Shown: positions 39,383 to 48,800 of the stretch, in pieces
Position numbering within the stretch: the stretch's first letter is position 1
Layout: the number at the start of each line of letters is the position of its first letter
Assembly: GCA_036558805.1 (NCBI GenBank)
Contig: DATBEX010000049.1
Location: forward strand, 1-60,569
Origin: Candidatus Udaeobacter sp.
GTDB lineage: Bacteria; Verrucomicrobiota; Verrucomicrobiia; Chthoniobacterales; UBA10450
Length of the DNA: 60,569 bases
Direction of reading: 5' to 3'
The notes under the pieces: model-generated
Told to the model about the DNA's origin: nothing
Seen by the model: the letters and a program-made list of their open reading frames with translations, nothing else
Databases searched by the model: none
Position numbers and translations under genes: made by a program

Positions 39383-40492
39383 TTATCCGGCGGCGAATAC
39401 TTCTGCGGGAACAATTTCTGGCTTTACTCTCGGCGACGCGAAGACCGGCGCCGCACCATTGGAAGAAGCAAGTGCAACCGGGGCTCCGTTTATCTTAAGA
39501 GAAGCGCTGGCCGCTTCGAGGATCCTGACCATCTCCAGGCCCCGACGACCATCCGTTAGCGGTTGAGAACTCGTTCGTATGCAGTCAATAAAATGCTGGC
39601 ATGCCAGCTTTAGCGGTTCCTCCTGATGGAGGTATGGGATGTAACTGTCTCCGTAATGGTAGGAGTATTGAAATTCAGCAAACGTGTCGTAGTGCGGCGG
39701 ACGTTCTACGCGCGCATCGTAAATACGGATTTTTTCACGAGTCCGCAAATCGTCATACACGATCATGCGGCGCGTACCGACGATGGTCATCTCGCGAATC
39801 TTTCGTGGCTCAAGCCAGCTGCTCTGGATCGTCGCGAAACGCTTGCGTGAAAAGGACAACGACATGTTTGTCACGTCCTCTACTCCAGGCGTTATATGAG
39901 CGTTGCCCTGGCAGTTAATCGTAGTGGGAAATTCGTCCAGAATGTGAAGAATGATCGAGATGTCGTGTGGCGCCAGATCCCAGGCGACATTAATGTCTTT
40001 TTGGAATAGTCCCAGATTAAGGCGTCGGCAATTGATATAACGGATCTCGCCCAGGTCTCCGGCTTGAACGATTTGGGCAATCTTCTGCACGGGCGAAGAG
40101 TAGAGAAAAGTGTGGTCCAGCATCAAAGTCAGACCCTTGCGATCCGCAATCTCGATCAGTTCCTCGCATTCGGCTGAAGAGGAAGCCATCGGTTTTTCGA
40201 TAAACGTATGCTTCCCCGCCAGAAGGGCTGCTTTTGCTAATGAATAATGGTGCTTAACCGGGGTCGCGATGACCACAGCATCCACGTTTGTACCGTTGAG
40301 GAGCTGCTGCGTTTGTGTGATGCCTTCGATGTCCGGATATAGAGCGCGGACATGTTTCAGGCGTTCAGGGTTGAGGTCGCAGACCGCTTTGAGTTGGCAG
40401 TCCGGAAGGCTTTTAAAATTGCGAACCAAAAGCGGTCCCCAGTAGCCGCACCCGATTATGCCGACTGTGATTGGTTTTTTCATGGGCTTCAA
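39383..40492 (-). CDS. Gfo/Idh/MocA family oxidoreductase (WlbA/WbpB-like context)
   Basis: 369-aa ORF. ITVGIIGCGYWGPLLVRNF .. FIEKPMASS, adjacent to the DegT aminotransferase. Confidence 0.85.
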   Translation of the reverse strand: MKPMKKPITVGIIGCGYWGPLLVRNFKSLPDCQLKAVCDLNPERLKHVRALYPDIEGITQTQQLLNGTNVDAVVIATPVKHHYSLAKAALLAGKHTFIEKPMASSSAECEELIEIADRKGLTLMLDHTFLYSSPVQKIAQIVQAGDLGEIRYINCRRLNLGLFQKDINVAWDLAPHDISIILHILDEFPTTINCQGNAHITPGVEDVTNMSLSFSRKRFATIQSSWLEPRKIREMTIVGTRRMIVYDDLRTREKIRIYDARVERPPHYDTFAEFQYSYHYGDSYIPYLHQEEPLKLACQHFIDCIRTSSQPLTDGRRGLEMVRILEAASASLKINGAPVALASSNGAAPVFASPRVKPEIVPAEVFAAG

Positions 40493-40509
40493 CAGCTGTT
40501 CTTACTAGA

Positions 40510-41421
40510 CTAGACTCGTAAGATGGTTGTTGCGGGTCGGCTGGGACTTTCGTGCGAGGCTTTCACCAGCTTTTTCAAAATCGGTTCGGACGACGCGGGA
40601 GTGCTACCTTGTCCACGATGTTGTGACGCCAGTCGGGATTCGGTCATTTGCCCCGCGATGACGCCGCAGGTCTTGAGCATGATTTTCAGGTCGAGCAAGA
40701 TCGACGCGCTTTTCAGATAGAAAAGATCCATCACGATCATTTCGTTGAACGTAGTCTTGTTCTTGCCGTTCACCTGCCAGTATCCGGTTAACCCAGGCAG
40801 ACCGTTCACGCGTTCCCTTTGCCACGACTCATAATGAGCAAATTCATTCGGCGTGCATGGGCGAGGACCGACCAGGCTCATGTCACCACAAAGGACGTTA
40901 AAAATCTGGGGTAATTCATCCAAACCGCTCGCGCGCAAAAACCGTCCGAAAAGGGTGAGTCGTGGATCGCCGTAAGTATCTAGCTTCGTCATAGGGCGAT
41001 CGGCCTTCATCAATTCGTGGAAGTAGTCTTCGTGACTTTGCGTCTCTGCGCTCACCTTCATTGTTCGAAACTTCCAGATAAGAAAGTGTCTCCCACCCAA
41101 CCCAACGCGTTTCTGTCGGTAGAAAATTGGCCCCGGAGAAGCGAGTCGCGTCACCAGCATGAGCAAAACCATCACGGGCAGCCAAATCGGCAGCGCGATC
41201 AGGACACACGCGACGTCGAGGACCGATTTCCAACCAGGCACCCTAGGCGCAAGCGCTGTTGAGAAATCGATTCTAATCCTTGGAGCTCTCGCGCCATTCC
41301 CGTTCGCCCCGTTGATGTTCAAGCTGTTCCCGTTCGCCCCGCTCCGGTTCAGGCTCTTAAAGGGCAAGCTGCCGCCCTTGGTCGCCCGCCCCAGGTTCGG
41401 GAGATGATCTTCTATCCTCAT
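40510..41421 (-). CDS. Initiating undecaprenyl-phosphate sugar phosphotransferase (small monotopic Bac_transf family)
   Basis: 303-aa ORF. PIFYRQKRVGLGGRHFLIWKFRTM .. DELPQIFNVLCGDMSLVGPRP. First gene of the minus-strand locus. GGAGGA lies 9 nt upstream of the ATG. Confidence 0.9.
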   Translation of the reverse strand: MRIEDHLPNLGRATKGGSLPFKSLNRSGANGNSLNINGANGNGARAPRIRIDFSTALAPRVPGWKSVLDVACVLIALPIWLPVMVLLMLVTRLASPGPIFYRQKRVGLGGRHFLIWKFRTMKVSAETQSHEDYFHELMKADRPMTKLDTYGDPRLTLFGRFLRASGLDELPQIFNVLCGDMSLVGPRPCTPNEFAHYESWQRERVNGLPGLTGYWQVNGKNKTTFNEMIVMDLFYLKSASILLDLKIMLKTCGVIAGQMTESRLASQHRGQGSTPASSEPILKKLVKASHESPSRPATTILRV

Positions 41422-41429
41422 CTGTTGAG

Positions 41430-41435
41430 TCCTCC
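41430..41435 (-). promoter_or_regulatory. Shine-Dalgarno-like GGAGGA for the phosphoglycosyltransferase gene
   Basis: The minus strand reads gttGGAGGActcaacagATG. Confidence 0.45.
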
Positions 41436-41581
41436 AACTGCTGCTAGTCCGCTAACTCTGCGGAAAGAGTGAGGGGGAGCCCGCATCTACGTCTTACGTC
41501 CATTAAGCAACCGTGACTGAGGAGCGAGCCCTCGAAAAATTCACCCTTAAAAATTGCAAAACTGGGGGAGAAAGCCGGAAA

Positions 41582-41596
41582 CGAAAATCGAAAATC
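41582..41596. repeat. Tandem heptamer CGAAAAT x2 (minus strand GATTTTC GATTTTC)
   Basis: Seen ~160 bp upstream of the polysaccharide operon start. Same 7-nt GATT-phased repeat type as 58745..58779. Confidence 0.5.
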
Positions 41597-41794
41597 TGAG
41601 TACAGCAGAGTCGACATGCCAGGGAAGCCTGTTGGATTGGTGTAATTTCCCGCACGCTTACTTCTACGGAAACTGCGGGGGGAAGGTTCCAATTATTTTG
41701 CTGGAAAAGGGAATTTAACGGGACTGTCACAATCCGCAGATAACGCCCGAGAATAGACGGGAAATGATGATCGCAAGTGATCGATTCCGCACAC

Positions 41795-41983
41795 TTATTC
41801 GATCTCTGAAAGCAGAGTGTCGAGGTTTTCGCTCTCGGAGAGGTCGTCTTCAGCGAGTCCCGTTTGTACCAAACACCCTAGGCAAAGCCCGTTATGAACT
41901 CGCACCACACTGCAACAGTGCGGGCATTCGTCGTGCTCGTGCGGAATCGCTGACACGGAATCAGTAAGCCCGGTAAAATCCAT
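41795..41983 (-). CDS. Candidate 62-aa CxxC..CxxC zinc-ribbon peptide with acidic tail
   Basis: MDFTGLTDSVSAIPHEHDECPHCCSVVRVHNGLCLGCLVQTGLAEDDLSESENLDTLLSEIE. Four Cys in a CPxC..GLCxGCL arrangement. Lies 370 bp upstream of the operon on the same strand. Weak RBS. Confidence 0.3.
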   Translation of the reverse strand: MDFTGLTDSVSAIPHEHDECPHCCSVVRVHNGLCLGCLVQTGLAEDDLSESENLDTLLSEIE

Positions 41984-42276
41984 TTTTCGTTGTCCCAGCT
42001 GGCCTTTGGCCGCTGACTGCGCTCTCTTTGTTCAATGTTGCAAGGCGAGGCGCCGGCGAGAACCAGATTCTCTGCCGGTTGGCCGAACTACATAGAGGAC
42101 CAAGCTGCCTGTCGAGAGCGTGGAGAACGAGAAACTTAAGTGTGAGGTTGAGTATTACACCCTGCACAAGCACTTCTACGGAATCCAGCGACAGAAGTTC
42201 GCCTAAAATGCTTATTCTAATGCGAAAAAGGTCTGGTTTTTACATATTTGTTTCAATTAGCGTTTCGAATTGACGT

Positions 42277-42894
42277 ATGGACCAGTCATTTGAGGTCTTA
42301 AAAGCTGCAATCGGCGCAGCAAGGGAGACGCTGCAATCGCTTCTTAACCTCGAGTCGCAGGTGGCGAAGGCGGCGGACCTGATCGAACAATGTTTGCGCG
42401 GGGGGAACAAATTGCTCGTTTGCGGCAACGGCGGCAGCGCCGCCGATGCGTCGCATTTTGCAACAGAGTTTGTAGTGCGCTTTATGAAAGATCGTCCCGC
42501 GTATCCCGCGATCTGTCTTGCCGGGGATGGCGGACTTCTCACCGCTGCAGGCAATGATTACGGCTTCGATGAGATTTTCGCTCGCCAGGTCGCGGCCTTC
42601 GGCCTTCCAGGAGATCTGCTGATTTGCCTAACAACTTCTGGCAAGTCGAAAAATGTCGAACGCGCATTTCAGGAAGCGAAAGCGCGCAATCTTAAGACCA
42701 TTGCCTTTCTCGGTCGCGACGGCGGATCGACCATTGGAATGGCCGACGTCGATCTTTTGGTTCGTGGCGATTTAACTGCCCGGATTCAGGAGGCACATCA
42801 GCTTCTGCTCCACGTCTTGTGCGAGACCGTAGAGGTTCGGCTCGGCGAAAAGAAAAAAACCAGTAAACACACCAAAGATACGAAAATTCGATAG
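42277..42894 (+). CDS. gmhA: D-sedoheptulose-7-phosphate isomerase (SIS domain)
   Basis: 205-aa ORF. KLLVCGNGGSAADASHFATEFV .. LTTSGKSKNV .. QEAHQLLLHVLCE. Confidence 0.85.
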   Translation: MDQSFEVLKAAIGAARETLQSLLNLESQVAKAADLIEQCLRGGNKLLVCGNGGSAADASHFATEFVVRFMKDRPAYPAICLAGDGGLLTAAGNDYGFDEIFARQVAAFGLPGDLLICLTTSGKSKNVERAFQEAKARNLKTIAFLGRDGGSTIGMADVDLLVRGDLTARIQEAHQLLLHVLCETVEVRLGEKKKTSKHTKDTKIR

Positions 42895-42949
42895 ACAGAT
42901 TCTCCCGTCCTGCACGTCCGCGTGTTTCGTGAACTGAAGAGACTGCGGG

Positions 42950-43798
42950 TTACTCCGATTTTCTCAGCAATCGTTCGCGTTCCCGGTCGAGTTGCCGGCG
43001 CTCGCTCGCCGTTAGACTTCCGATTCCGAACTTGGAAATCTTATCAAGGATCGGGTCAATAGAAGGATAAACATCGTCGGCATCAGCCGAACGAACAGAT
43101 CGCACCTTGGGGACGACGTGGAACTTCGGTTTCGGGCGAAGGCGCGTTTTCAACGCGTCCCACCAGGCAAGTTCCGGCCCGGCGCCATGCATTTCAATGA
43201 AAAGGAATGCCGCGCCAATGCTGGTCCAAACGACCATCAGCTCGCTCCAGGCGTGATATGCGAGCAGTTGAAGGGTGTAAACCGCAGCAAGAATCAGCAC
43301 AACCCATTTGGTCATGATCCGCAGAAACAACTCAGCCCGCGGATAGATGGTGGCGAAGGCAACAAAAACTCCAAAGTGCAATGCAGGCGAACCGGCCAGA
43401 ACCGACCGGTGCCATAATCCCCAGACGGTGAGTAGCGCCGTAGGCGCAAGCAATAAAACAAGATAGAGTGCAATATAGGCACGCCGCCCAATAAAGCGTT
43501 CCACTTCGCGGCCGAACACGAACAGCATGTACATCTCGATCGCGAACCAGAGAAGCGTCGACGGCGAATGCACAAAGGCATAGGTGCCCAGTCGCCACAC
43601 CTGCAGCCCATTCCAAATTCGCGCGCTGTCGAAGACGAAATAACTGAGCGTGCCGCTCAGGCTGGAAATTGCGGTAAAGATGCATGCTGCAACCGCGCAA
43701 GCTACGTGTACCCCGACGAGCATCGTGGTCACATCGACGGGATAACGACCCATCCACGCAACCGGCCGATAATCATCGGACGTGGTGACCCCGAACAT
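42950..43798 (-). CDS. Rhomboid-family membrane protein (catalytic status uncertain)
   Basis: 282-aa polytopic ORF. WRLGTYAFVHSPSTLLWFAIEMYMLFVFGREVERFIG is rhomboid-like, but AGSPA replaces GxSG. C-terminal DPILDKISKFGIGSLTASERRQL tail. Confidence 0.6.
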   Translation of the reverse strand: MFGVTTSDDYRPVAWMGRYPVDVTTMLVGVHVACAVAACIFTAISSLSGTLSYFVFDSARIWNGLQVWRLGTYAFVHSPSTLLWFAIEMYMLFVFGREVERFIGRRAYIALYLVLLLAPTALLTVWGLWHRSVLAGSPALHFGVFVAFATIYPRAELFLRIMTKWVVLILAAVYTLQLLAYHAWSELMVVWTSIGAAFLFIEMHGAGPELAWWDALKTRLRPKPKFHVVPKVRSVRSADADDVYPSIDPILDKISKFGIGSLTASERRQLDRERERLLRKSE

Positions 43799-43949
43799 GC
43801 TTTCAATTAATGCCGCGCACTGTTCTTACGCAAGCGTGATTCATGATCCGTGGATTATTTCGGCGTTATCGTCAGGGAGATGATAGAACGCTTCGACGAT
43901 TCAACGTGGCAAGCCGCTCATTCATAGTTAGAATGGACACCTTCTTTTC

Positions 43950-45755
43950 ATGAGAAACACCGCACCCGCTATATTCCCGCCTAGTGGAGTCGGCGATAAA
44001 AAGCCGACCAATCAGGCCGTGCTCAATTGGGTGCACGAGATCGAGAAACTGACAAAACCCGAGAACATTTTCTGGTGTGACGGTTCCGAGCGCGAGAATG
44101 ACTTTTTGATCACGGAATCCTTAAAGCAGAACGTGCTGATCAAACTGGACGAACAAAAGGTTTCACGGTCCTACTTGCATCGTTCAAACCCGAACGACGT
44201 CGCGCGAGTGGAGAAGTTCACATTTATTTGCACGCCGACGAAGGAGGAAGCCGGTCCAACAAACAACTGGTCAGAACCGGCAGAAACATATTCGAAGTTG
44301 TATGGGCTGCTGAATGGCGCGATGCGGGGGCGCACCATGTTTGTCGTGCCATACATCATGGGCCCGCCCGATTCTCCCCTAACAAAAGTCGGCTTCGAAA
44401 TCACCGATTCAAAATATGTTGTGCTCAGTATGCGAATCATGACGCGCATGGGCAAAGTCGCGCTGGATCGTCTGGGCAACGATCCAAAAGCGGAATGGAA
44501 CCGTGGCGTGCATTCGTTACTGGATGTCGACCCTGATCGGCGGTTCATCTGTCATTTTCCCCAGGACAACACGATCATCTCGGTCGGCTCCGGCTACGGC
44601 GGCAATGTTTTGCTGAGCAAAAAATGTCTCGCGCTGCGCATAGGGTCGTACCTCGCGCGTAAGCAAGGCTGGATGGCGGAGCACATGCTGATCCTTGGCG
44701 TTGAATCGCCCGAAGGAAAAAAATATCATGTGGCTGCGGCCTTCCCCAGCGCATGTGGCAAAACAAATTTTGCAATGTTGATTCCGCCCGCACACTTCAA
44801 AGGCTGGAAAGTGACGACTGTGGGCGACGACATCGCGTGGATGGAAATTCGCGACGGGCGCTTGTTTGCTGTGAACCCGGAGAACGGATATTTCGGCGTG
44901 GTTCCCGGCACCAGTTACAAGTCGAATCCGAACGCGATGAAATCGATAGAGCACGACACTCTTTACACAAACGTCGCACTCACTGACGATGGTGACGTTT
45001 GGTGGGAAGGAAAAGACGGCGCAGCTCCAGAACACGCTATCGATTGGCGCGGGAATGACTGGACGCCCGACTCAAAAGAAAAGGCCGCGCATCCCAACAG
45101 CCGGTTTGCAACGCCGATGCGCAATAATCCGGCTCTCGATCCCGATGTGGAAAAGGGCGAAGGCGTTCCGATCAGCGCCATCATTTTCGGCGGCCGTCGC
45201 AGCGACACTGTGCCATTGGTCTATGAAGCGTTCGATTGGGTTCACGGTGTTTATCTGGGCGCCACCATGGCCTCCGAGACGACGGCAGCCGCGACGGGCG
45301 CTGTTGGACAAGTCCGACGCGATCCGATGGCAATGCTGCCGTTCTGCGGATACAACATCGGCGATTATTTCCGTCATTGGATCGACATCGGAAAACGCCT
45401 CACCAATCCGCCGCTAATCTTCAATGTGAATTGGTTCCGCAAAGGTGCGACCGGGAAGTTCCTCTGGCCGGGATTCGGGGAGAACATGCGGGTGCTTAAA
45501 TGGGTGATCGATCGCTGTGAGCAAAATGCCAGAGCTGTCAAATCGCCTGTCGGCTGGTTACCCAGTCCACATGATCTCGATCTTGATGGCCTGGACATCG
45601 ATCACACAGGCGTGGCCGAGCTTCTGGGAATCGATCACGAAGAGTGGCAAAAGGAGCTCGCTGCGCACAAGAAGTTTTTCGACTCCCTTGGGGGCGTGGT
45701 TCCGGAGCAATTGCAAAAGCAGCGCGAACAACTCGTCGCGCGCTTTAAGCTGTAG
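43950..45755 (+). CDS. pckG: Phosphoenolpyruvate carboxykinase (GTP)
   Basis: 601-aa ORF. FPSACGKTNFAML kinase-1a motif, GDDIAWM, WFRK. Confidence 0.95.
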   Translation: MRNTAPAIFPPSGVGDKKPTNQAVLNWVHEIEKLTKPENIFWCDGSERENDFLITESLKQNVLIKLDEQKVSRSYLHRSNPNDVARVEKFTFICTPTKEEAGPTNNWSEPAETYSKLYGLLNGAMRGRTMFVVPYIMGPPDSPLTKVGFEITDSKYVVLSMRIMTRMGKVALDRLGNDPKAEWNRGVHSLLDVDPDRRFICHFPQDNTIISVGSGYGGNVLLSKKCLALRIGSYLARKQGWMAEHMLILGVESPEGKKYHVAAAFPSACGKTNFAMLIPPAHFKGWKVTTVGDDIAWMEIRDGRLFAVNPENGYFGVVPGTSYKSNPNAMKSIEHDTLYTNVALTDDGDVWWEGKDGAAPEHAIDWRGNDWTPDSKEKAAHPNSRFATPMRNNPALDPDVEKGEGVPISAIIFGGRRSDTVPLVYEAFDWVHGVYLGATMASETTAAATGAVGQVRRDPMAMLPFCGYNIGDYFRHWIDIGKRLTNPPLIFNVNWFRKGATGKFLWPGFGENMRVLKWVIDRCEQNARAVKSPVGWLPSPHDLDLDGLDIDHTGVAELLGIDHEEWQKELAAHKKFFDSLGGVVPEQLQKQREQLVARFKL

Positions 45756-45861
45756 CCGTCGCTCTGGGCGACGCGCGTGCGGGCGACTGCACAGGGAGCG
45801 TTTCGCAGAGGAAAGCGGCTGCAAGATTTGCGAACCGCTTGACTGGCAGCGAATATTTCCA

Positions 45862-48800
45862 GTGGGTTCGAAGATTGCGAGCGCAAAACATCTCAGATCA
45901 CCAATCGCAAAGGATCACATTGAGATTCGCGGAGCGCGTCAGAACAATCTCAAAGGGATCGACGTCGATCTTCCTCTGGGAAAATTGACGGTGGTCACGG
46001 GCCCGAGCGGTAGCGGCAAATCAAGTCTGGCATTCGAGACCATTTACGCCGAAGGCCAGCGCCGTTATGTCGAAACGTTCAGTCCCTACATGCGGCAATT
46101 TCTCGACCGCATGGACAAGCCCCGCGTAGACGACATCCACGGTATCCCGCCGGCGATTGCCATCGAGCAAGCAAACCCTGTTAAGAGTTCGCGCTCGACT
46201 GTCGGCACCATGACCGAGATCAACGACTACCTGAAATTGCTCTGGCCGCGCGTTGCTCGCGCATTCTGTCCGAATTGCAGCCGCGAAGTTCGGCCTGAAA
46301 CCACGCAGTCAATCAGTCGCCAGATACTGCATGATCACGCCGGGAAAACGGTTCTGATCAATTTCCGGGTGGCCGTTCCAACGAAAACCGAGCCGCGCAC
46401 CTTTTTCGAGTTCCTTCAGCAACAGGGCTACCTCCGCGTATGGATCGACAATCAAATTGTACGCGTCGATGCCGATCCAAAATTCAAGCGACTTGCTGCC
46501 CGTGTACAGGTCATTCAGGATCGCATCGCGATCTCAGAGGAGACATGTGCGCGCCTGGTCGAAGCTATCGAAACGGCGCTGCGATTTGGCAAAGGCAAGA
46601 TCAATGTCATTCCGCTTTCAGAAAACGCCCAACGCTCAACGCCCGGTGTCCAGCGTCCAACTGATCACGGATCACCGATCACGGATCACGAATTTCCTTT
46701 CTCTAACGGCTGGCATTGTGCGCATTGTGATCTCGATCTTCGCCCACCTACACCCGGGTTATTCAGTTTCAATAATCCGCTGGGTGCGTGCCCGGAATGT
46801 CGCGGATTCGGTCGTATCATCGCAATCGATCTGAATAAGGCGATTCCAGACCGCAGCTTGAGCATCAAACAAGGCGTGGTCCGGGTTTTTCGCGGTGCAG
46901 AGTTCGGCGAATCGCAGAAAGATTTGCTTCGGGCGTGTGCGCGCAAAGAGATCGATATCAACCTTCCGTTCGAAGAATTGCCAAAGGCTGATCAGTCCTT
47001 TGTCATCGAAGGTGAGAAACGATCAGGCGATTACACAGACGAGGATTACGAAAACGATCGGTGGTATGGCGTCCGTGGTTTCTTTCGCTGGCTGGAAAGC
47101 AAAACTTACAAGATGCATGTGCGCGTTCTACTGAGCCGCTACCGTGCCTACATCACTTGTCCGAGCTGCAACGGAGGACGATATCAGCCCGAAGCACTAA
47201 ATTACAGGGTCACAACGGCGGTGCATAGTCGCCGGGACGGCGCTCCGAAAGCGCAGTTACCGCTAACCCTCCCCGAATTCCAGGCGCTTTCGCTCCGGGA
47301 TGCCCGGGATTTTCTGACGGCGCTCGAGATTCCGTCAAACGATTCGACTGCACGCATGTTGCGCGAGGAGATTTGTGCGCGCCTCAACTATCTCTGCGAA
47401 GTCGGCGTCGGCTATCTTACGCTCGACCGATCGACGCGTACTTTAAGCGGCGGCGAAGTGCAACGAGTGAACCTCACTACGTGCCTGGGGGCCTCATTGG
47501 TCAACACACTCTTCGTCATGGATGAACCGAGTGTCGGTTTGCATTCGCGCGACGTTGGCCGGCTGGTTCGCGTGATGCACAACTTACGCGACAAAGGCAA
47601 TACGTTGCTCGTGGTCGAGCACGAGGAACAAATCATTCGGTCAGCCGATAATTTGATGGATATCGGCCCAGGCCGCGGCGAACACGGTGGGGAGTTGGTT
47701 TGGAACGGAACGCTGGATGATTTCTGTAGCCGCTTCCCTGGGGGAAGCGCAGGTGCCGATGCTAATAGATCGTCAGGGTCGCGCCGCCCTGAGGGCGACG
47801 GCTACAGGGAATCACTGACGCGCGATTACCTGATGAATCGCAAATCGATTCAGGTTCCGACGTCGCGAAGAACATCGAAGTCGTCGCTCAAGATCATTGG
47901 CGCGCGACAGCACAACCTGAAGAACATCGATGTCGAACTTCCGTTGCGTGTTTTCACGTGTGTCACCGGTGTTTCTGGTTCTGGAAAATCCACGCTGATT
48001 CACGACGTACTCTACAGGAATCTGTCGATCGCAAAGGGACAGTCGTCCCATCACCACCCAACGCAAAACTACAGCTCGGCAGGCGAGCCGGGTGCATGCA
48101 AATCGGTTACCGGAGCGCATCGCATCCGGGATGTAGTCATGGTCGATCAGGCTCCGCTTGCGCGGACGCCCCGATCGACGCCGCTGCTTTATTTGGGGCT
48201 TTACGACCGTGTTCGCGAATTGTTTGCCGCTCAACCGGAAGCAATGTCGCAGGGGCTCACGGCCGGCACATTCTCGTTTAATTCCGGCAGCGGCCGCTGC
48301 GAGCGCTGCTCCGGCACGGGTTACGAGAAAATTGAGATGCAATTTTTGAGCGACCTTTTCGTGCGCTGCGCCGAATGCGAAGGCAAACGGTTTCAGTCCC
48401 ATGTTCTGAAAGTTCAATTGTGCGGAAAATCAATCCACGATCTGCTCAAGCTCACCGTAAGCGAAGCGATCGAATTTTTCGCGCAAATTGGCGAGAAGGA
48501 AACCTTATCTGAGCCGCTTAGCGTACTCGAGGAGGTCGGACTTGGTTATCTGCGATTGGGGCAACCTCTCAACACCCTTTCCGGCGGTGAATCGCAGCGA
48601 CTGAAATTGGTCGGCCATCTCGCGGAAACAGAAAATGTACAACGTTCAAGCGCAACGGAAATCGGCAACTTGTTCATCTTCGATGAACCGACCACGGGAC
48701 TTCACTTCGATGACGTAGCGATGCTACTGCGATTATTTCAGCGCCTGGTCGACCGCGGCCATTCCATCGTGGTGATCGAGCATAATCTCGAAGTCATAAA

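Noticed and set aside
41443-41452. GCGGACTAGC (minus strand) resembling the ops/JUMPStart core GGCGGTAGC upstream of the operon
   Set aside because: It differs by an internal 2-nt insertion and lies only ~25 nt from the start codon. It is not a credible RfaH-type element.
42000-42276. Imperfect hairpin CCGGC(G)AGA..TCTGCCGG (about 42050..42077) and ORFs 42028..42273 / 41961..42173 in the gmhA upstream region, considered as ncRNA or leader
   Set aside because: The hairpin is bulged, lacks a U-tract and matches no riboswitch or ncRNA I recognise. The ORFs overlap each other and are featureless.
45517-45861. N-terminal 115 codons of the 2057-aa ORF-track model for UvrA
   Set aside because: The first 79 codons overlap pckG in another frame, and the peptide is Arg/Ser-rich with no UvrA similarity. 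The first in-frame start after the pckG stop is GTG 45862, though the exact start remains uncertain.
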